Source: Desulfuromonas sp. (GTDB lineage: Bacteria > Desulfobacterota > Desulfuromonadia > Desulfuromonadales > BM501). Taken from it: 64,000 nucleotides of DNA. The notes under the pieces were generated by a model. That model worked only from the letters and a program-made list of their open reading frames with translations, was not told where the DNA came from and ran no database searches. Below are positions 17,252 through 26,150 of the stretch, piece after piece; the stretch's first letter is position 1; each line of letters starts with the position of its first letter. Location: positions 27,762 through 91,761 of the forward strand of contig NZ_PKUB01000014.1 in assembly GCF_002868845.1 (NCBI RefSeq). The letters run 5' to 3'. Made by a program: the position numbers and the translations under genes.

Positions 17252-20200
17252 GCGACCCCTCCGATTCGATCTTTGCCCTGGACAACACCACATCCATATC
17301 ACGTTGTTTATCAATCCAAACGCCCATCAGCGGGATGGCGAGCCTGTAATACTTGCCAGTGGATTCTCCAGCCCACTCAATCAATTCCAACTCTTGTAAA
17401 TATTCGAGATCGGAAATGATATCATCGTCACTCACCTCAATACCGGCATTCAGCAACCGCTCTTGGATGACCCCAAGACGCAGCGGGTCTGGTCCTGCAG
17501 CTTCTTTATGACAAAGGGCCAAAAGAAAGCGTCGCCGGTCTGATCCTGCGTAGTCCCATAGACTGGCAAAATGCTCATTGTCTTCGACCAACGACAAGCC
17601 TGAACGATTTACAATGTTCAGAGTAATTGAACGCGTTTTGAGCTGTGCGGACATTTCGAAAATACGATTGCACAAGCATTGCAGCAAAAATGGTTGGCCA
17701 GAAGTGAGATAAATGGCCCGTTTTATTGATTCTCGGGAATAAGTCAGTCGGTCTTTGACTGGTTCCGTAATCAGACGCTCTGCCGCTGATGCATCAAGGG
17801 AGGTGACGCCAATCCGAGTTCCGAGACCATATAGGGCTGACCAGTATTCTTCCCGTAATCGTTTTAGGCGCCGCGAGCCCGTGAGAATCGCCGAAAAGCG
17901 AGGATATGTCTGAACTAAATAACGAAAATTTTCTGGCACTTGCGAAGAAGTGACTCCATTTTCGATTCCTTCCTGGAGCTTATCGAACTCATCGAGCATC
18001 AATAATAAGCCCAGATTCTGTTCCTCCAACAAATCAAGTATGACATTGAGGTAGGATTCAAATTCGACAAATGGCTCCGCCGATATCCCCTCGCGGCAAG
18101 CTTTTGGTAGCGCTAGAGGTTTTTTGTCGGCAGGTAGCATTTCTCCGTTTGGCAAAGGAGTATCAAGGCCAAGTTCATAAGTAGTTTTTGCGATTGATCT
18201 CGCGATGCTTCTGAACACTTCAACGGTCGGCACTCCTACACCGTCTTCACTCCCCGCAGCCCCCTGCAAACTACTGTATACTCCGAGCCATCCTTCGACA
18301 CCATTTTTGCCGGAAAGGTGCGAAAGAATAGAGGTTTTCCCTGCGCGACGGTTTCCCTCCAAAAGAACGACGTTACCCGTCAACCTGATCTGCCGTCTAA
18401 TGCTTTCCAGTAGCTCATCACGTCCAAAAAAAACATCACTTCGTTTGGGTGTAATCGGCGCCCCGCAGACATACGGACTAGCCCCCATATCAGGAGCAGC
18501 TTCTCTTTCGACATAGTGCCTTGCCCCCAACTCAAACGGTAACTCAACCACGCCCTCTAGCTGTCGACCATCCATTGACACGTATTGAAGTTCGAAAAAC
18601 AGTGAGAATGATTCGCATTCATTGGGTACTTTTCCGCTAATCTGAACTGTCTTTTCAGATCTCTCAGCCAGGTAGCCAATTTCTTCACTGCCCCAATCTG
18701 GTGTTGTCTTGAAAGAAAAATTGCGTACGGGAAGAGGACTTTCGTTTGCAATTACAATTTCAATCGATTCATGGTCTCCACGGAAGAGTGCTAAGGTATC
18801 GCAACTTACGGTCACGTTGATATCTTCAACCAGCCAGGCAATCGCAGCCTGGATTCGACCATCAAAAAACTTAGACAATTCCCGTGCGCGGTTGTCCGCG
18901 GGCATGTGCCCCTTGATATCATTTAAAGACTCTTTGAGAGCCACATACGTTTGTTGAAGCAATGAAAAATATGTAGGCCCGAGAGGAACTCCATTTGTGC
19001 CATTCAATATTTGAGAAACTTTGTCCAAAGATTGGACCCAGACAGAGAGGGGATGTTCAGAAATGTTCCGGGAAGCTAAATTGCTTTTTTTATTGAAGGC
19101 ACTACCAAGAGCAACCAGAAGAGGCATAAGGTCATGGGGTTTCGATGAGGAATCTTCCTTGAGAAAAAAGAGTGCGTCATCTATCCACTTAACGATTGGG
19201 TCCCCTTCTTTTTCCAGCAATAGCTGGGAAAGGAAGGCCAGTGCATCCGTTTGGTGCTCAAGGTGACTTTCAGCGACGCGCTTCTGAATCTGCAGAGGGG
19301 GGAGAGGGACAAGGAGTTCATCGACAACCTTTTTTGAAAGGTGATTGATGACGGCCCCACGTGTTTTGCTTTCAAGCCAAGCGCGACACTCGGCACTGTT
19401 CAGGTATGCCGATAAGTAGTATGGATCGATCTTTCCTGGATCAGGACGAAGAATGAACAAACCACTTGCCGCAATAGCTCCTACTGCACCATTGCGTACC
19501 ATACCGACTTTGCCGATAGTCCCTGACTTTGAGACAAGAACATCTCCGGCTTTAAGCTTCCACTTCGGATCAATCTCTTGAGCAAAGTCAGCTTTTAGCC
19601 ATGAAGACCCTTTTGCAGCCTGTCCTCGGTGAATGTCCTTGATCCGGATGTATGGAAGGGATATGTCACTTCGCGGATTATCAGTCAGCTCTGACGACTT
19701 GATTGCGCGGCCAGAAACTATCAGGCAGCATTCACTCAGCTTGGTTATCTTTGTCTCAACTCGTAGGGACTCTAGAACACTTTCAAGGCCACTTTGGCCA
19801 CGGTTACGGGGCGAAAGATCCCACTCTGCTTCTTCAAGCTCATCAATGGAGGCATCCCAACAATTATTAGCAAGTTGTGGGCTACGAACTCGCCTTACCA
19901 GCTCATTCGCCATATCTTTACGAAGAATGGCTGGCTCTTTGCGCGGCCCTTCGTCAAAAAAGGACGCGGCATCGACCATCCGTACGCTTTTTGTCGGACC
20001 ACTACGGCGTAAAAGTAGAATGCTTGATCGGACCGATGTGTATGGAGCAAAAGCATTTGCGGGCAATTGGATTACAGCTTCAACGGCGTGTTGTTCAAGC
20101 AAAATACGACGCAGTTTCTGCTCTTGCCCTCCTCGAAAGAGAAATCCCTGAGGAACGACAATAACCGCCCGACCATCTGGGCGTAGTTGCGACAGGGAGT

Positions 20201-21119
20201 GTTGGATAAACAAGCCAGTGGCATCGTTTGTTTTTACCGGAAAATGATCGAGTCCGTTGGCGTTGACACGCATACCCCAAGGGGGATTTGCCAGCACCAA
20301 GTCGAACCCCTCCTTGTTGGGATTATTGGAGGCGGTCCGTTCCAAGCTATTGCCAAGTTCAAGCTTTGGATCGTCGATTCCAGCGAGAGCGAGTCGGGTC
20401 AGGCCGATAATAAATGCATCGGCATTCAGCTCGACGCCACTTATGGAAAGCGGTGGGCTAGCACTGCGGCTAAAGCCTTGTTCGTTTTTGGCAGTGACTT
20501 GTTCGCAGGCCGCTGTCAGATAGCCCGCCGAGCCGAAACATGGGTCGTAAATTCGCTCACCTGAGGAAGGTGCTCCCAGCAGCGCAACCAATTGGCTGAT
20601 CCATTTAGGGTCCAGACTTTCACGAACGCCACCCTGTGTTCCCTTGATTGATTGACTTAAAAACTCATCGAAAAGGCTGAGGAGCTTTAAACGATCTGCG
20701 GGAGTTTCAAAGGGGTGGTCAGCTAGCCAGTCAACCAGACGTCCCAAGAAACGCGGGTTAAACGAACCAAATAGCGCAACGGAACCGGCCATACGATGCA
20801 GATGAGTGGCCAGGGGCTTATGCCGAACATTTCCCAATGCTTCCAGCTTAGCGGGTAGCTGATGGGACAAAAGGTCGTGAAGCTTTTCAGGAGGATAGGA
20901 ATGCCAGGTTCGCCAATGCATTGCAGCGGGAAGAACTGGTTCATAATCGGTGTCATCAAAAGCCGCGATGGCTTCTTTCTCGGCTTCCTGAAAGTCGGCC
21001 CAACGCAAATATATCAGGGCTGCTAGCCTTGGGGCGATTTCATGCGACCCAAACTCAGAATTTGCCCTGAAGTTGCCGAGGACTTTCCAGAACTGAGATT
21101 GTGACGATACGTGAGGCAT
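17244..21119 (-). CDS. 1291-aa fusion: HsdM-like N6-adenine MTase + single HsdS-like TRD + linker + STAND-like ATPase + C-terminal wHTH-like
   Basis: MTase motif I YDPCFGSAGYL and motif IV NPPW (20277-20288). TRD: LVSKSGTIGKVGMV, ASGLFILRP, INHLSKKVVDELLVPLPPLQIQ. ATPase: FFGRDELLESI..LLEGNRRAGKTSIL (Walker A 18333-18356), LLLMLDEFDKL, AILTGSRRL. The start lies 3 nt after the hsdS stop. Confidence 0.8.
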   Translation of the reverse strand: MPHVSSQSQFWKVLGNFRANSEFGSHEIAPRLAALIYLRWADFQEAEKEAIAAFDDTDYEPVLPAAMHWRTWHSYPPEKLHDLLSHQLPAKLEALGNVRHKPLATHLHRMAGSVALFGSFNPRFLGRLVDWLADHPFETPADRLKLLSLFDEFLSQSIKGTQGGVRESLDPKWISQLVALLGAPSSGERIYDPCFGSAGYLTAACEQVTAKNEQGFSRSASPPLSISGVELNADAFIIGLTRLALAGIDDPKLELGNSLERTASNNPNKEGFDLVLANPPWGMRVNANGLDHFPVKTNDATGLFIQHSLSQLRPDGRAVIVVPQGFLFRGGQEQKLRRILLEQHAVEAVIQLPANAFAPYTSVRSSILLLRRSGPTKSVRMVDAASFFDEGPRKEPAILRKDMANELVRRVRSPQLANNCWDASIDELEEAEWDLSPRNRGQSGLESVLESLRVETKITKLSECCLIVSGRAIKSSELTDNPRSDISLPYIRIKDIHRGQAAKGSSWLKADFAQEIDPKWKLKAGDVLVSKSGTIGKVGMVRNGAVGAIAASGLFILRPDPGKIDPYYLSAYLNSAECRAWLESKTRGAVINHLSKKVVDELLVPLPPLQIQKRVAESHLEHQTDALAFLSQLLLEKEGDPIVKWIDDALFFLKEDSSSKPHDLMPLLVALGSAFNKKSNLASRNISEHPLSVWVQSLDKVSQILNGTNGVPLGPTYFSLLQQTYVALKESLNDIKGHMPADNRARELSKFFDGRIQAAIAWLVEDINVTVSCDTLALFRGDHESIEIVIANESPLPVRNFSFKTTPDWGSEEIGYLAERSEKTVQISGKVPNECESFSLFFELQYVSMDGRQLEGVVELPFELGARHYVEREAAPDMGASPYVCGAPITPKRSDVFFGRDELLESIRRQIRLTGNVVLLEGNRRAGKTSILSHLSGKNGVEGWLGVYSSLQGAAGSEDGVGVPTVEVFRSIARSIAKTTYELGLDTPLPNGEMLPADKKPLALPKACREGISAEPFVEFESYLNVILDLLEEQNLGLLLMLDEFDKLQEGIENGVTSSQVPENFRYLVQTYPRFSAILTGSRRLKRLREEYWSALYGLGTRIGVTSLDASAAERLITEPVKDRLTYSRESIKRAIYLTSGQPFLLQCLCNRIFEMSAQLKTRSITLNIVNRSGLSLVEDNEHFASLWDYAGSDRRRFLLALCHKEAAGPDPLRLGVIQERLLNAGIEVSDDDIISDLEYLQELELIEWAGESTGKYYRLAIPLMGVWIDKQRDMDVVLSRAKIESEGSHD

Positions 21120-21122
21120 GGG

Positions 21123-22301
21123 CTACAGCTCTCCGGCGAAGGCTTTGCGGAGGATTGCTTCTTGAAGGCCCGCCATAGCCGGTCCTTGTTTTACTATCTC
21201 ATCTTGGAGTTGAATGGCCAAGGGGAGAAATTGCTCCTTGATATTTATCATCTCCTGTTGGACTTCGAGGCATGGCAGTGGAAGTAAGGTTGATAGCAAA
21301 TCCGACTGGTTTATACTCGACTGCCCAATCGCATGCTTGGCCCGCCCCCTTAGGTCATGAAGGAATTGCGGACTATTCATGAGCCATGAGAGAAATCGAC
21401 CATCAGCCTTCTTGCTATCAATACGCAGACGAATAATCATTGCTTCATTAACGGCAGGCTCGGTTAAGTCATGAACGAGTGCCGACTTTCCTACTAGCTC
21501 CCGGCTATTGACTCTAGAGACGATTATGTCCCCATTTAGAACGGCAAAATCGGACGTTTCCTTTTCAGTTGTCTCTAGCCTTTCGGATCGAGAAATGTCC
21601 ATTTCACCATCCCGGATGTTAAACATCCGCAAAAGCAAAGTGCCTGAACCATGGAACTTTTTGGGTTTATACAGTCCATTCTTTGCCGACCTTACGGCTT
21701 CTCCGAGTGGAGTCATGGCAAATGCGGATGAGCATTCATTCCATAGATCATATTTACTGGCCACTGGCAGCACTTTACTTTCAGCAGTCAAGTCCTTATA
21801 AAGCCCTTGAACTTCGTCCACCCGCTCCATCACCCCCTTGATGCGGGCAACAATACGAACTTGATCATCTATTGGCGGGCATGGCACTAAAATCTTTTTC
21901 AACTCTTTTTGATTCAGCTTTTTTAGCGTTGAACCTTTAATCATGTGGCGAATATCTTGAAAAGCAACTGAATAATTCAGCCAATCAACGTTCATATTGC
22001 TCAAGGGTCGCAAAACATGTGCATGGTTATTCACCCATGACTTTCCAGAAATGCGGTATGAAATCGGACGAACTGGATCGTTGAAAAAGCCGCCATCCTC
22101 GGCAACCAGGACAAGGTCTTCATTAAATATCCACTCGTCGATTGTTCCAACCTGGCCGTTTGCTCCGTAATACGGTATATCTCCCTGTCGATTACGGCGT
22201 TCATCGTTATTGATTGGACGACGCAATCGATCTAGAACCTCGACGCATTCGCCGAGTGGTTTAAGTTCAAAGCTAGAAACCTCATTACTCATAGTGAACA
22301 T
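21123..22301 (-). CDS. hsdS: type I R-M specificity subunit (two TRDs)
   Basis: Two Methylase_S-like halves (IPYYGANGQVGTIDEW... and ...IVSRVNSRELVGKSALV) with conserved spacers. Starts 2 nt after the hsdM stop. Confidence 0.85.
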   Translation of the reverse strand: MFTMSNEVSSFELKPLGECVEVLDRLRRPINNDERRNRQGDIPYYGANGQVGTIDEWIFNEDLVLVAEDGGFFNDPVRPISYRISGKSWVNNHAHVLRPLSNMNVDWLNYSVAFQDIRHMIKGSTLKKLNQKELKKILVPCPPIDDQVRIVARIKGVMERVDEVQGLYKDLTAESKVLPVASKYDLWNECSSAFAMTPLGEAVRSAKNGLYKPKKFHGSGTLLLRMFNIRDGEMDISRSERLETTEKETSDFAVLNGDIIVSRVNSRELVGKSALVHDLTEPAVNEAMIIRLRIDSKKADGRFLSWLMNSPQFLHDLRGRAKHAIGQSSINQSDLLSTLLPLPCLEVQQEMINIKEQFLPLAIQLQDEIVKQGPAMAGLQEAILRKAFAGEL

Positions 22302-22303
22302 TT

Positions 22304-23782
22304 TCAGTCCTCAAGAATCGCTTCGAGTTCGCCGAGCAAATCCATAATCCGTTCCTCTTTCGCCTTAATTGACTGCACCAGCTCCAAAGCGGGACGGTGC
22401 TCATAGTCGTCCTTGCGATTTGGATTTTTTGCTGTAAGATCGTAGCCCCGCTCGGCAATATCTTCGATTGAAACAATCCAAGAATTTTCGCCCTCGATAT
22501 ACTCACCCCACTTGTCCAAGAAATCCGGAAACTGATTGCCTTCAATCGGTTTTCTGGTTTGCTTTAACTCAAAACCATCGTTAGTCAGTTCGTAAAACCA
22601 GACATTCTTTGTTGCCATCTCCCCACTAGGATCGGTTTTAGGGCGATCAAAGAAAATGATATTGGTTTTAACGCCCGTATAGGGTAAAAAACAGCCCGCC
22701 GGAAGCGACAGAACGGTATGGACGTTGAAACGTTCGAGCAGTTCCTGCCGCACCTTCTGGTCGGGGCCGCCTCGGAACAGCACACCTTCTGGAATCACCA
22801 CCGCAGCACGCCCGCTTTTAGCGAGATTGGCCATAATGTGCTGAACAAACAAGCACTCGGTGGCGCTCGACTTCACTCGGAAGTTGGTTTGCAGCGACTG
22901 AGCCATCTTGCCACCATAGGGAGGATTGGACAGGATAACGTCGTACTTGTCCTTTTCGCTCACGTTCTGGCTGTGGAGTTCAAGGGTGTCGCCAAGTTCC
23001 AGGTTAGCACCTTCGATTCCGTGGAGAATCATGTTCATAGTACCGAGCAGGTATGTCAGGGGTTTCAATTCGATGCCGTAGAAGGTCTGCTTCTGTAATT
23101 CATCGAGCTGCTTGCCGGACAGATTGCCGTGAGCGCGAATATAATCGGCCGCTTCGCCCAAAAAGCCTGCGGTGCCAAATCCGGGATCATAAACCCGCTC
23201 TCCAGCTTTAGGCTGAGTCACATGGACCATGGCACGGATGACGTGACGCTGAGTGTAGAATTCACCTGCATAACCGGCCGAGTCCGCGGCAACGCGCTTG
23301 AGGAGATCTTCATAGATTTCCGACAAAACGTGAACGTCGGTATCGTCGGCGAAGTGGAGCTTGTTGACCTGCCCTACAACGCGGGCAAAGGTGACCCCCT
23401 GACGACAGTAGTTACGGACATTGTCAAAAATGCGCCGGAACCGCTGGGCCAGCAGGTCATCCCCCAATCCTTTTTTGGGGTCGGGGCTAGTCAGCTTGGT
23501 CCAGAGCTTACCCTGAACGAACTCCAGCATGTCATCCGGGTTACGCTTGGTCCATTCCGGCCAAGCAAATTCGCCACTAAGACGCCTCTCGTAGCAGCCA
23601 TCATCGAAGGCCGCTTCTTCTTCGCGGCGTGACTCGGCCTCATCGAAAGCTTTGAGAAAGAAAAGCCAGGCGAGCTGCTCGACATAATTGCGGGCGTCAA
23701 CTCCGGCAACGTTAAGTTCGTCGCAGGCGTTTTTGACGATTTGTTGAACTTCTTGACGACGGTTATCGATTATTTTGTTCAT
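22304..23782 (-). CDS. hsdM: type I R-M N6-adenine DNA methyltransferase subunit
   Basis: HsdM N-terminal region (YVEQLAWLFFLKAF). Motif I DPGFGTAGFL, motif IV NPPYGG. Confidence 0.9.
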   Translation of the reverse strand: MNKIIDNRRQEVQQIVKNACDELNVAGVDARNYVEQLAWLFFLKAFDEAESRREEEAAFDDGCYERRLSGEFAWPEWTKRNPDDMLEFVQGKLWTKLTSPDPKKGLGDDLLAQRFRRIFDNVRNYCRQGVTFARVVGQVNKLHFADDTDVHVLSEIYEDLLKRVAADSAGYAGEFYTQRHVIRAMVHVTQPKAGERVYDPGFGTAGFLGEAADYIRAHGNLSGKQLDELQKQTFYGIELKPLTYLLGTMNMILHGIEGANLELGDTLELHSQNVSEKDKYDVILSNPPYGGKMAQSLQTNFRVKSSATECLFVQHIMANLAKSGRAAVVIPEGVLFRGGPDQKVRQELLERFNVHTVLSLPAGCFLPYTGVKTNIIFFDRPKTDPSGEMATKNVWFYELTNDGFELKQTRKPIEGNQFPDFLDKWGEYIEGENSWIVSIEDIAERGYDLTAKNPNRKDDYEHRPALELVQSIKAKEERIMDLLGELEAILED

Positions 23783-23796
23783 TTGGGTTCTTATCC

Positions 23797-26103
23797 TTAA
23801 ACTGTCATTGAAACGTAAAGGTGTTTTTTGACGGCTTCCAGGTCAGCTTTAAGCTGAGGCGCCCCGCCATATTTGGCTGTGAGGTTTTGAAAGCTGCCGA
23901 ACTGCTCGGCGAACTGCGGGGCACCATAGGTGCGGGCTTTCTCAAGGTCATCGATTCCGTACAAACCATAGTGGTCGAGAGCGGTCTGCCAAAAATTATA
24001 TTTCAGGTGGTTCCCGTCAAACCGGTCGGCATCGCGACCAGGAACGACGATGCCAAGTTCCGAGTCCAGCCATTGAATGTCTTCATCCCAGATACGATCC
24101 ACCCGCTGATGGCGGGTCGGAACCCGCACCAGATCGAAGCCAATTTTAGCGAGGATGTCGACATCGTCAGTGTTCGGCAGATCAAGGTAGTGGCGGAAAG
24201 CCGAGGGGTAAATGTCATGATCGCGCAATTCTTCTCGCAGGTCCTGACGGCCATTTTTATCAATCCAGATACCAAGCAGTTCATCGAGATTCTTGGTGGT
24301 GATGCTCTGAATGAACTCACGGGATTGATCGGTATATTCCTCAAATGGGATCTTGCTTCCATCCGCCAGACAGACATAGCGGTTGGTATCCGAGATAATG
24401 ACCGAGATCCCCTCACCGACAAGTTTGGTTTCTGGCTGTTTCGTCGTCTTCTTCGGCTTGGATGGCTTTTTGGGCTTCTGCTGATTGGCGGGATGTCCAT
24501 CAAATTCGGCATCTTCAAGCAGGCTGGCTCCTGAATAGTCAAAGATCGTAAAGTAGCGCTTGTTGATGTCTTCACACAGGCGTGTTCCGCGCCCCTTCAT
24601 CTGCTTGTAAAGGATGGCACTGCGCAACGGCCGGACGAAAACCACATTTTTCACGTCTGGGGCATCGAAGCCGGTGGTCAACAGGTCAACGGTAACGGCC
24701 ACTCGTGGCTTGCTTGGCCCAACGATGGCAAAGTTGCGTTCTAGTTGATGGCTGTTGCGCTCGGCACGGGTAATGCGTGCAGCGAAATCCGGATCTCCGG
24801 AAAGGCGACGAAGCTCGGCAGCCATGAAGGCGGCATGTGTATCGTCCACGCAAAAGACAATGGTTTTTTCATCGCGCAAACCGTATTTACCCAGGGTTTC
24901 CCACAGGTCACTGGCTATGGCTTTGGTACGATCCGGCATGCGGATTTCGCGCTCAAAATTCTGGGTTTTGTAGTGCTTCCCATCAGGACCGACGAATCCT
25001 TCTTCATCGACATTGGTGATGCGCTCTTCAAGCAGGTAGGGAACTAAAAAACCATCCTCTACGGCTTGTTTGAGGCTGTAGGTATAGATCGGATCACCGA
25101 AATAGTGATAGGTATCGCGACGCTGCTCTTCACTGGAGAGTTCGCGCTTAACCTCTTCAAGTTCTCGTGGCGTAGCGGTAAGGCCGAGCTGGAGAGCACT
25201 CTCGAAGTGCTCAAAAACACCGAACCAGTCGCCGAAGCCGGAGCGATGGCATTCGTCGATAACGACCAGATCAAAAAAATCGGGATCATAGTGCTCATAG
25301 ACCTTCTTGCCATCCAGTTCTTCATCAAGAGTCTGGTAGTTGGCAAAAAAGATCTTGCCCACCAAGTGGTTGCCTTTGGCGACAGTTTCTTTATCGATGG
25401 CTACACGCTCAGATGCACCAAATGCCTGAAAAGCTCTGAATGCCTGGCCCTTAAGGCTGTTGCGGTCGGTCAGAAACAATACATGCTGCTTGGGCAGAGC
25501 ATCGCCATTCATCATCTTCCAGATTAGCTGGAACACGGTGAAGGTTTTGCCGGTGCCGGTGGCCATCAGAAGTAAGGCTCTGTCGTCTCCCTGAGCAAAA
25601 CTCCAGAGTGCTTTTGAGATAGCCATTTCCTGGTAGGGGCGTACATTTTTACGGGTAACCTGATCGACGTGATAGCCGGCTGTGAAGGTTTCGCCCCAGC
25701 GGTCCCAATCGACCTCTACACCCAATCGCCTGATAATGTCTTCGGGACTGGGTGGAGCAGAAAATGTCTCGAAATCACCGGAGTCATTATCGGTAAGAAT
25801 CCAATCCGCACCGTTACTGGCAAGGGAAAAGCGGATCATCAAGCGCCGTGCATACCGAGACGCCTGCTGCATACCATCGGCAGCGGACTCAGTTTCGGCC
25901 TTGGCCTCCAATATTGCCAGCGGAATGCCGCGGTGACGGAGCAGGTAATCAGCAATGATCGCCTGCGACTCATCGTACATGCTCTCGCCGGTAATATTAA
26001 CCCGTCCTGGGCCTATGTGGAGCTGTTCTTCCCAGTCCCACCCGACTCGGGTCAGGACGGGTTCAATCAGATCCTTACAAGTTGTCCGTTCATTTCTTGC
26101 CAT
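23797..26103 (-). CDS. hsdR: type I restriction enzyme R subunit (EcoEI-like length class)
   Basis: N-terminus NERTTCKDLIEPVLTRVGW. Nuclease region ADYLL..LAILEAKA. Helicase motifs LLLMATGTGKT and VVIDECHRS. I chose ATG 26103 (8 nt from GAGGG); ATG 26109 is the alternative. The track start at 26157 would overlap the upstream gene. Confidence 0.9.
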   Translation of the reverse strand: MARNERTTCKDLIEPVLTRVGWDWEEQLHIGPGRVNITGESMYDESQAIIADYLLRHRGIPLAILEAKAETESAADGMQQASRYARRLMIRFSLASNGADWILTDNDSGDFETFSAPPSPEDIIRRLGVEVDWDRWGETFTAGYHVDQVTRKNVRPYQEMAISKALWSFAQGDDRALLLMATGTGKTFTVFQLIWKMMNGDALPKQHVLFLTDRNSLKGQAFRAFQAFGASERVAIDKETVAKGNHLVGKIFFANYQTLDEELDGKKVYEHYDPDFFDLVVIDECHRSGFGDWFGVFEHFESALQLGLTATPRELEEVKRELSSEEQRRDTYHYFGDPIYTYSLKQAVEDGFLVPYLLEERITNVDEEGFVGPDGKHYKTQNFEREIRMPDRTKAIASDLWETLGKYGLRDEKTIVFCVDDTHAAFMAAELRRLSGDPDFAARITRAERNSHQLERNFAIVGPSKPRVAVTVDLLTTGFDAPDVKNVVFVRPLRSAILYKQMKGRGTRLCEDINKRYFTIFDYSGASLLEDAEFDGHPANQQKPKKPSKPKKTTKQPETKLVGEGISVIISDTNRYVCLADGSKIPFEEYTDQSREFIQSITTKNLDELLGIWIDKNGRQDLREELRDHDIYPSAFRHYLDLPNTDDVDILAKIGFDLVRVPTRHQRVDRIWDEDIQWLDSELGIVVPGRDADRFDGNHLKYNFWQTALDHYGLYGIDDLEKARTYGAPQFAEQFGSFQNLTAKYGGAPQLKADLEAVKKHLYVSMTV

Positions 26104-26133
26104 TCGCATTTCCCTCTCTTGCAGACCCTTTTG

Positions 26134-26149
26134 AGCAACGGCTGTGCCA
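26134..26149 (-). promoter_or_regulatory. sigma-54 (-24/-12) promoter in front of hsdR
   Basis: The minus strand reads tTGGCACagccgTTGCTc (TGGCAC 26149-26144, TTGCT 26138-34), matching TGGCAC-N5-TTGCW. It begins 2 nt after the activator's stop codon and lies ~25-30 nt before the hsdR ATG. Confidence 0.7.
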
Positions 26150-26150
26150 A

